The translations under genes were made by a program, and so were the position numbers. A stretch of DNA of 64,000 nucleotides from Antedon mediterranea (lineage: Eukaryota > Animalia > Echinodermata), in assembly GCF_964355755.1 (NCBI RefSeq), contig NC_092672.1, forward strand, positions 35,222,437 to 35,286,436. Reading direction: 5' to 3'. Below, one piece after another: positions 54,644-64,000 of this stretch. The stretch's first letter is position 1. Each line of letters begins with the position of its first letter. The notes beneath the pieces are model-generated. The model did no database searches, was not told the origin of the DNA, and worked only from the letters and a program-made list of their open reading frames with translations.

Positions 54644-56594
54644 TAAGTATAGAATAATTTGGAATTATTCAACAATAAAATAAAAACAAAAAAACTTTTA
54701 AGCAGAAATTTTAACTTTAAAAAATTCAATTTGATCTTTGATATGAAATTATGATAAACATTTAATTACAAATTTGACCTTTGACGTAGAATAATAAAAT
54801 TATAAATTTAAACAAGAATCATTCAATTAGAAATTTGACCTTCGACCTTGGCAAGACAATATAAATAATTAAGGGAATTTCCCTTTTAAATTATGTCTTT
54901 CATTTAATATTGGACATGAATATTGATAATGCTGAATTTTAGCTTATAATAATTTGTTTCAACATAAATACATTTTTTATCCTAGTGTGACGAAGTGCCT
55001 TTAATTGTTTCAATTTTTAATTAATAACTTTCATTTAATTAACGGAGGTGTCTCAGGCACTGCCTTTGCAGCTGTATTTTACACCCATTCTGTGGATCGG
55101 TTGATGTATACTTCTTGTACACATTTGGTTGCCACTAGGACAAAACACAAGAACGTTAGTGTAACGCAAGGAGTTTGACCAATCACAACCAATTATGGAT
55201 TATTTTAACTGCTGTCTGTCCTCGCATTGTGTCCCTATTGGGAACGAAGCATAAAATATGTTACATTTAAAATAACATTAATTTTCGATAGCAAGTGTAA
55301 CTATTTCAGTTTTTCAAATACAGTAACTGCTGTACTAATGATGCCTACAACTCAATCCAAGATGTTTTGATTTTGTTGTTTATTTACATGTTACATCATA
55401 TTGATGACATTTTATTAAAAGCCTTTAACTCAGCTATGCTTTTTGTGTAAGCAATAAGTTTTACTATTAATTGTAGGAAATAATTTGTTTTAAGTAATAT
55501 TTGTTTTATGTGTTTATAGTCATTTAATATATTTAGAGAAAATGAAGAAAGAAAATCCACGTCTTAACCACCTAGAAACACTAGCGAGCTTTCTTTTACG
55601 TGACACGCACAGCCGGTTACAAAGCTATCGAGTCAGTCAATCTGTGTATGTTCATATGTTTTTAACATGCTCAGAATGACTGTTCGACTCAACAGCTGTG
55701 TAATCTAATAATAATGAAATATGTGTAATGATAAAGATGGGAAAATCTTGAAAGGAAGATAAATTGCTTAAATTGATATGCAAATTTCTTTTAAACATAT
55801 TTAATAGTGGCATAGTTTATTATATTTTTATTTTGTGATATTTTTATTATTATTTGTTTTTATTTATTGAATTCTTGAATATAGATTGTTTCTACATTTG
55901 GGTTTTCAATTAAATAAGTTTTAACATTTTAAAATTTATCAAATGTTATTAAATGTTTTCAAAAACATTATTATTTAATCATAGTAGCATTATTATATAA
56001 CAGTACTGTGTGGTTATTTTGTGGGAAAATTAATTTAATTAATGTTATATTTTAGGATAGTTATGGTTATTTTTTTAGACAAAACCTCTATAATTAAACT
56101 AAAAATACAAATATTTAATAAATCTTAACAATGGTTTCATTGTTTTATGTATGTATTAAATTTTTTTATTGAATTATCCTTTAATAATAATACAGAATTC
56201 TAGAGCGCCCTTCACCATCAAAGTTGCTCAAGGCACTTTTGAATGTTTGGACGGTATGCAGTCACCATAGAGATTAAATGTACAATCAAATTTATTTTAA
56301 AATTTAAAATGGAAAGAATTATGTATAAGCCTGGGCAAAATGATGAGTTTTTAGACATATTTTAAACGAATGGCGAATTGAGATATTATTTGATAATAGT
56401 ATTTGATACTACAACTACTACTACTACTACTGTATATCTGTCCAATTTAGGTAGGCTTATTCAATGCAAGGACCTGATCACACCGAAAACAATTCGACCA
56501 ATCATGGCACAGTAATCTGTACTGTCGCTTGTTATTGGTCAACTCATTTGCGTTGTTCCTGCGTCGCTACGCTGGAATCAACATGCCATTCTAA

Positions 56595-56917
56595 AGCTTG
56601 GACGTAAACGCAACGCAAGCGTTTTAACCAATGACAAGCGAAGTTATAGACAGTTAGCAATCACAACAAGCGAATAAGACATCGCTTGTGATTGGTCAAT
56701 TCACTTGCGTTGCGTTACGTCCTTGTGTTGCGTCGCTAGTGGGAACCACGCTTTACCCAAGTATATACGGCACTGTTAAGCTTGGTTCCCACTAGGACGC
56801 ACGCAAGGACGTAGACGTAACGCAAGCAAGTTGACCAATGACAAGCGACAGTTCGAATAATCCATCGCTCGTGATTGGACAAATCCGTTGCGTTGCGTCT
56901 CTAGTGGGAACCACGCA
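56595..56917. mobile_element. Two adjacent MITE family 3 copies
   Basis: 56595-56752 and 56779-56917, with internal CCAATGACAAGCGA...TCGCTYGTGATTGG palindromic arms. Confidence 0.75.
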
Positions 56918-57729
56918 TTAATAACTGAAGTTTTTAAAAATTTGTTTACTAAAATTCTGGTATGGGTGTGGTAATTAAATGTCATATCAATACGGCCAAA
57001 AAAATCATATTTAATTAAAAGTTATTCCCAATAGAAGTGAATCCTTGAATATAAGGATGATAAACAGATAGCATCATACTGGATGATATTAATGACAGTT
57101 GCATCCTGTAAATTAACCGACTGGAGAGAGTGAGGGGTAGGGTGGTAGACGCGCCCATTGCCATCTAAGTCGAGCGGTAACGGCAATACAAATATAGAAT
57201 CTATGTTATTCTTTATGACCATACACAGTTTTACACACAACGCGGAGCAGATGGGCGTTTTCCACTCAGGATAGATACAGATTCTACGTGGGACAAGATA
57301 CGCGGTTTTCTTCTCAGGATACAGATTCTACGTGGGACAAGATAAGCGGTTACCGCTCGTCTTTGTAAATTGGCATTATGTCAGAATGAGAAATTCTCGT
57401 TATATTTCTTTTCCATTAACATCACCTCAACAATGGCTTTTAAAATTTAGAAAAACTAATTTCATGTGTTTAAATTGCTTAAGTCTGAACCTAAATATTT
57501 TGCTACGTTTTTATTCGATATGTCGGTCGGTCTGTCTGTCTGTCGGTAAACACTAACTCAAATTTGCGCACGCGACTGCAGCCATGTGGCCTTGTTATTT
57601 GAAAAGTCGGACAAGATATCTACCATGAAGAGCGTAGAAGAAAACTGGTTAAAAACACTTTTTTTACGGAATACGATAGTTTTTATTAGCTTTTAAAAAT
57701 ACTGTATTCACAAAAGTCGCAACACAGTG

Positions 57730-57930
57730 AGTGAGTGGCCGAGCGGTTAAGACAGTGGAACCGTCATTACGTAGCCATAACTCGTGTGCACTTTAAAGAA
57801 CCTAGTACTCGAGACGAGTAGGGGGTTACCCCGGTGTATTGGTACATCACGGCCACTGATCACCAACTGGGCCCTCTGGGAGATCAGTCTTTGACTGAAG
57901 AGGTTACCCAATATAAATATATATGTCAAT
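57730..57930 (+). mobile_element. tRNA-derived SINE (related to 8261-8500)
   Basis: GAGTGGCCGAGCGGTTAAGAC tRNA-like head, TTAAAGAACC and GAGTAGGGGGTTACCCCGGTG central block. Confidence 0.6.
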
Positions 57931-58595
57931 TCATTATCTAGTTTACTCTTCGTTATTTTATGACATGTATTTTACAAAGCGTATTCATGTGTGCTTCCTT
58001 TTTGTCACCGTCCTCGACCGATTTGTTCATTAGCGTGGGTGTAAACCAAGCACAAGTAGGCCTACTACATTTATATTAAATTTAACCGCATTTTAGCAAA
58101 TTACGATTGTTAGAAATCATAATAATTGGTTTCTTGTGCAAATAAACGTTCAATAATAATTCATAATACAGTAGTTGTTATTTAAATTACGTTAAAACAT
58201 AGATGATGAATTACCGTATAATGCCCTTAAATTATTTTTCTGGAAACAAATGAACAAGTACTGTGATAAGTAGGCCTAGGCCCATAGAGATCTCTAAGTT
58301 GACCTAACGTAATAAAAACGTAACAAAGTAATACAGTGTAGGCCCGTAATAACCAAGAAATAACTGGATGAATCAAATAAAGAAAGACTTACAAGGACAA
58401 GTAGACACTAACACATTAATAACAAACCATCCTGCCATAACTTGGACAAAAATGGAAACAAATTGTGGAAAGCGATGTCGGAAGACGGAAAACGTTAAGA
58501 AGAAAGAAGAGTAGGCCCGTAGGCCTACTTCTCACAATTTCGGAACAAAATGTAATGTATATATATTACAGTATATACACAGCCTTTTATTTTAA

Positions 58596-59149
58596 AGATG
58601 TATTGTCCCTTGAAACACAAAAAAATGAAGGTCAAAATATTCTAAATTTAAAGTGGCCATATCAAAGTAATATTAAAGTTATTCACTTTAAGTCGAAAAT
58701 TCGAGCCAAAAACAACAAGTTTACGTAATTAACAGGTAAATTAGTTTGATTACATTTCATCTGGAAAATCGTCACGAGCAAAAGTAAACAAAGATTTCAA
58801 ACCATTAGTACGCATTATGCATATGCTAAATTAGGATTGTATACAACTCGTCACGGTTAAGAAGGTATTTTCACACAGATCATGAGGAAGTTTTATGATT
58901 AGGCCTATGCATACAGAGTAGCCAAACAAGCTCGTTTCATTATGGGATATGTTTTGATTGAAAACTTTGACTGGAAGTCAAAGTAATTTTTTTAACAAAA
59001 AAACGTCTGTATTTCAGTTAAATAATTTTTTTTTTCGAAAAATTTTTGGTGATAGTTAATAACTATTATGATACTTCAAAATGACCCACGTTTTTTCGAA
59101 ATCTTTTATTTTTTATTTTTTTGGAATTAGTCAAAGGGACAATACATCT
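58596..59149. mobile_element. TTAA-type (Kolobok-like) non-autonomous element
   Basis: TTAA-AGATGTATTGTCCCT...AGGGACAATACATCT-TTAA. Confidence 0.8.
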
Positions 59150-59994
59150 TTAAATTTTCATAATTATAATGACGACGGGCCACAGACCAATAGAATATCG
59201 AAATATTCTCAAACAACAAGAAACATTTATAATGGAAAATGAAACAGATTTCCGTGAAATAATTAGCAACAAAACCATTCCAACAAAATGATTAGATCTT
59301 TCGATTGAATATAATTGCTTTAACTGTATGAAAAGACTAACTTAAGACCCATAAAAGCAGGCGGCATTGGTCCCTTTTCAAAGGGCTGATCCTATTAACG
59401 TGGATACTTTATTATTCATTGCTTCTATAGAGCCGCCGCAGTCAGTTATTGTTACCAATATATAAGCAGTGTTAACTAATTACCAGCGGAGTAATATTGT
59501 GTATCTAAAACTGGCTAATATTGTGTTTTATTGCTCATAAATCCATATTTAGAGACGTAGCGCTCTTGAAATCTTCGATTCATTTGTTTTATTAGAAGCG
59601 AAGTTGGTTTATTGCAAACAGTAGTGTAATAATACTATTTTAAAGAACTATTTTGTTATATGAATACGCCGCATAACGCACTTAGTAGTTCAGTCCGTGC
59701 TTAGCACTCTCTGGATTCGCACGATCAATCACTACCGAGTTTACGTTGGACGGGCAGACGTGAAAGGTGCATTGCTGATTGCTGCTGGACGTTATAGCCC
59801 CGTGTTTTTGTATGTTTTACTGCAAAGAAATTTGATAACTTTCGTGTGTATGGTTCTAACATTTTAACTAGGATATTCGTCTGATTGTTCTTCAAATTTG
59901 GTTGCTAGATATGTTCTTTTAAAACAAGGATTTACTGATTATACCGATAGTTTGTGCAGACTGTTGCAGCCTAGCCACACGCACAGAAGACAAC

Positions 59995-60052
59995 ATGTCC
60001 CATAACACAGTCGTGTGTGACTTGGTTTTGTTGTTGATTTCGGGTTTAGTAG
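59995..60052 (+). CDS. Probable first coding (signal-peptide) exon of an unidentified secreted or membrane protein
   Basis: CAACATG context, MSHNTVVCDLVLLLISGLV plus 1 nt, then a consensus G|GTAAGT phase-1 donor. Preceded by a CpG-richer leader (~59660-59990). No downstream exon identified in the window. Confidence 0.55.
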
Positions 60053-61446
60053 GTAAGTTGCTACGGGCCTAGATTTTCCATTTCATTTATTTTTCTCATT
60101 CAAACATCGATAAGATTATTTACGAATGCATTTATTGAGACAATAATAAACAAAAACATTTCTTTTACATCTGTACAGAACAGTATTTAAAATACCTGGG
60201 TTTTTATAAAGTAGAATTTGTGTTCGGAAGAAGGATAATACTTTACAACAATTTTTTAATTTTAAGCTTTAAAAGTAATCTCAAGTATTTTGAGAAAAGG
60301 ATTTTTTAAAGTTTGATTTTGAATTGGTCTGAGCATTAAATTGATTAATATTAACGATTGTAGGCCGGTGGAACCAATCGATATGTGATTGATACTTTTA
60401 ATGTAAAATGATTTATAAGCTGTTAACATTCAGTACCTATTAAGGATTATTTCATGTCATTTTTTTATCTTTCAATTTGTGTATTCTATAATTCGTTGTT
60501 GATACCATGAAGTAACACAAAATGCACAGTCGTGAGAAAAGTAGAGACACCAACGAATTGTTTGACTAGCATAATTTTACCAAAAATAAACTTTACCGTA
60601 TGCAGTGTGAAACAAACCATGCCAACTGATCAAATGTAGGCCTACTGTACAAACCAATTCAGTAAATTTTGTTGAAATCGTCGCGTTAAATTGTTAGCAT
60701 ATTCATTTTGGCAGCATTCAATTAATGTTTTTAAATCTACAGTACCAATATTAGTCCAACTGTATCTTGGAACATTACTGTACTTTTTGAAACATTAGTT
60801 GTAACTGGGATGCAGCTCTGCACCTATTAATTGCCTTGAAATTGAGAAATAGCTTCCACCACAACAGTAGTATGCTTGAATCTTAGCGTTTAAACAGATA
60901 ACTTAAGCACTGAATTAAGCCTCTGTTTGTTCAACAAAGACTGCCTTTTATATCGGTATTGCTATACCAGACTGTTGAATGCAACATTGACTTTAGTGGT
61001 AATACTATATTACGGCTTTTGATAACTTTTAAACCTGTGGGAAAATATGGAAGACAATACAATGTAAATTGTAAATAGAGTTTGATACAGAAGTCAGATA
61101 GGGATACTGCCAAAGGGCATTGAATAACAATAAACAACTTTAAATTGATAAAAATAGATTTATATATTGTATTTGCTTCATTTTGTATTTAAAAAGTGTA
61201 CAGAGTAAAAACCAATGTACAATTTGATAATAATTTTTATAAAAATGTTTGAAGTGATAAGAAACAAAATTATATTTAATATTTGTAAATATTGTATTTT
61301 ATTAATCACGGGCACAAAATCATATACAGTACTGTATGCCTACACTAAATAGAGAATTGTCTGTTTAAAAGACCAACACATAGAAAATAGCATTGTCTGT
61401 CTGTAATAGCAGTTAAATGTACTGTACACTCTCAAACTTACAACAC

Positions 61447-61690
61447 TAATGTAGCCAGTTAACCATTCAGTTAATGTAGCCAGTTAACCATTCAGTTAAT
61501 GTAGCCAGTTAACCATTCAGTTAATGTAGCCAGTTAACCATTCAGTTAATGTAGCCAGTTAACCATTCAGTTAGTGTAGCCAGTTAACCATTCAGTTAAT
61601 GTAGCCAGTTAACCATTCAGTTAATGTAGCCAGTTAACCATTCAGTCAGAGATGTTGCCAGTTAACCATTCAGTCAGAGATGTTGCCAAT
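61447..61690. repeat. 25-bp minisatellite
   Basis: (TAATGTAGCCAGTTAACCATTCAGT)n, about 9 units with variant terminal units. Confidence 0.92.
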
Positions 61691-62890
61691 GTTGAAAATC
61701 ACAGCAAGGAAGCTTAAAAAGACAAGAACCCTTCCGAAGCAATTTTACTCTCGCGTCTCATCTTACGCTTCCCCGATGAGAGTTCACGTAGTTCGGTCGG
61801 ATAGATTGCCGTTGATTCTGATTGTGAAGCACAGATAGAAACTAGCTTCTGGCTGACCTGGCAGGTGGAGAAGTGCTACAGTTAATTTTATTCTCCCTTG
61901 GGGTAGTAGAAGTTGAATATCAAGGCTCAAATTCTGGCCTAAGAAATTATGATGATTTGGTTAATGGTAAGAATGTTGTGTACTGTAGTAGTCGATGGTT
62001 AAGCACCCTGAGGGTATTGAGGTGTTGGTTACAAAATACTTGACTTGCTGTAAAGTCATAAGGGTTATACTTTATACTGAAGTTAACATCCTGAGGAAAG
62101 AAAACATTTTATTATTTTGAGGAAGTAAATTTATAGAAATCAAATTATGTAGAAACTTTTCAAAATGAAAAAAAATGCATACATTTACATAGATTTAAGA
62201 TAAGATAATTTTTTATTCTAAAGTATAGACTTAAAAAATAATATGAAAAAAACATACTTTTAATTTATTGAATATTCATATAAACCATAATAACGGCATC
62301 AAAGTTTCTACATCTCTGCCTTTAACAAAAACTCAGTCTACATTCCAAGACCTAATAATAAATAGTCTTACAACAAAAATTGTACAATTCCGTCTTTCTC
62401 GCATTTATGAAGCAAATTACCCGTCACTAAATTCAATTTAGACTCATAAATCTCAAGCAATTCTAAGGGTACATAAAATGCATGCTAACACAACACGTTA
62501 GTGATAAAAAAAAAATGCTGTTTTTTTAAATACAAAAGTGAAGGCAGTAAAAGATGAGTGTACAATGCGATGGTACTGTACGCTAATGTGTTTGAATTAG
62601 CTGTAGTAATTTGTTTTATTTTGAGAGTAATGCTAGTTTTATCGTGTAATTTGCATTTGAATATTGTCAATTTTTTTATCTAACACAGTGACTCATAACT
62701 CATACTGCCGACACAACTACAAGCAATGGAAGTAATTTATTATTCAGAATAAACACAACGCACAAAGAAATCTTGTAAAAAATAGCATATGTACAATCCT
62801 TATACAGTTGTGTAATAAAACTGTTAATCAGTCGGCTACACACAAAAGAATATGAAAAAAATATCTGGAAAAACAAAACCATTATTGTTT

Positions 62891-63052
62891 AAGCTCTGTC
62901 TACATTATCAAACATTATGTGACAAAAAAAATTGATGTGCCTTATATATGGACATGATGATCCTATATATGGACATGATGATGTCATATTGCTACCATAT
63001 TTGGGTACATCACACTTTTTTTGATAGTTTGATACTAGTGTAGAGAGAGCTT
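62891..63052. mobile_element. MITE family 1 copy
   Basis: Family TIR and internal repeats. Confidence 0.78.
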
Positions 63053-63615
63053 TATAAATAGCTAGTAAAGTCTGCTTGTTCAGTTCTTGTCAAGTAGACA
63101 GTTATCACAGTACAAAATACAATTAATAATATTCAAATTAAATAATCAAGAAATATAAATATTTTGACTAATAAAAATTTAGCTATATAAAAAGAGTGTA
63201 TATTATTTTTATTTGAGAGGGGTATTAAAATGAAAAGCATTAAAGATAAAAACACGCATTTAAATTAATCCAATCAATGATGTTATAAATCCTTGTTGTG
63301 TTTTGTTAAAATATTGGAAGTCAATACAGAGTTTAAAGGGCATTTACAAGTGTGTTAAAATAAGTTAGACCCAATTAACACCAGTGTAGTTGATACAGAA
63401 CAGTAGATAATTACCGTAATAGTGACTGACTAGTAACCTTTGACATTAACCTTTGACATTTAAGATTAAATTGACTTAGTATGTGTATCACCAAAAGTTA
63501 TAAAATGGGGAGGGGAGCTACTGTAGTTTGAAAGGTGGCTAAAAAGAGAGTGATGTGACATTATAATTGTTTTGTTAGTTTTTCATTTATCTGTTTTTGT
63601 ACGGTATATCTCATT

Positions 63616-63845
63616 GGCCCTGTTTCTGCTGCCAACTAAATACCGTATATTATACGGTATTTTTTGAATACCGTATATATACGGTATATTTTTGGCAGCA
63701 GAAACTGCGCTCATAAAAAATATACCGTATTTTGTATACCTTATTTTCCCCACAAAATTTGTGGATAAAATACGGTATTTACAAATTTATACCGTATTTT
63801 TTGTACCCGTTTCTGCTGCCAATAAAAAATACCGTATTTTTTTTT
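63616..63845. repeat. Palindrome-rich repeat (TTTCTGCTGCCAA / ATACCGTAT units), probably a DNA-element end
   Basis: GTTTCTGCTGCCAA...TTGGCAGCAGAAAC inverted pair enclosing ATACCGTATAT..ATACGGTAT palindromes. Confidence 0.6.
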
Positions 63846-64000
63846 TACATGACAAAAGGTCAACATTCGTGTTTTTATTTTCTGTCGCTGTCAGCTCTTT
63901 TACACACGTGTATATATATATTCGGCGAAAATGTGGAGCGAAGACGTCACAGTTTTACTAAATAAATTTGTGTGGGGAAGCTAAAATGTCTGGCCAACTA

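Noticed and set aside
57730-57800. tRNA gene candidates (also 8261 and 48560)
   Set aside because: Only A/B-box-like heads with no complete cloverleaf, followed by SINE-type bodies.
61700-61880. CpG-rich patch with a TCTCATC...GATGAGA hairpin, considered as an exon or ncRNA
   Set aside because: No convincing splice-site pair or recognisable translation, and a 7-bp stem is expected by chance.

Overview
AT-rich, intron-containing animal genomic DNA, probably from an invertebrate deuterostome (the taxon is an inference). It is not prokaryotic, and I found no CRISPR, rRNA or real tRNA. I assembled gene models by hand from GT-AG boundaries and remembered protein motifs. In order they are: two tandem SRSF1/SRSF9-type splicing-factor genes (+), GATC (-), TRIAP1 (+), SMIM14 (+), PTRH2 (+), a tyrosylprotein sulfotransferase (+), AACS (+, 16 coding exons) and the signal-peptide first exon of an unidentified gene. 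Introns and spacers are full of non-autonomous TIR elements (one ~160-bp MITE family has ~18 copies), SINE/LINE fragments and minisatellites. Best leads: (1) PTRH2 has two intact, homologous, same-phase versions of exon 3 that can only be used mutually exclusively and swap a basic segment (net about +3) for an acidic one (about -10). (2) Intron 1 of the second SRSF gene holds a perfect 59-nt antisense copy of its own exon-3 splice acceptor. (3) Both SRSF paralogues share a conserved 3'UTR splicing cassette (donor/polyA block, acceptor, 7-8-nt micro-exon, donor, GGA-dense field) that looks like autoregulation. (4) The SRSF-GATC-TRIAP1 order and orientation match human 12q24.31. (5) AACS has a duplication-born pseudo-exon. 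Coordinates are hand-counted, TE ends are approximate, and no database search was run.
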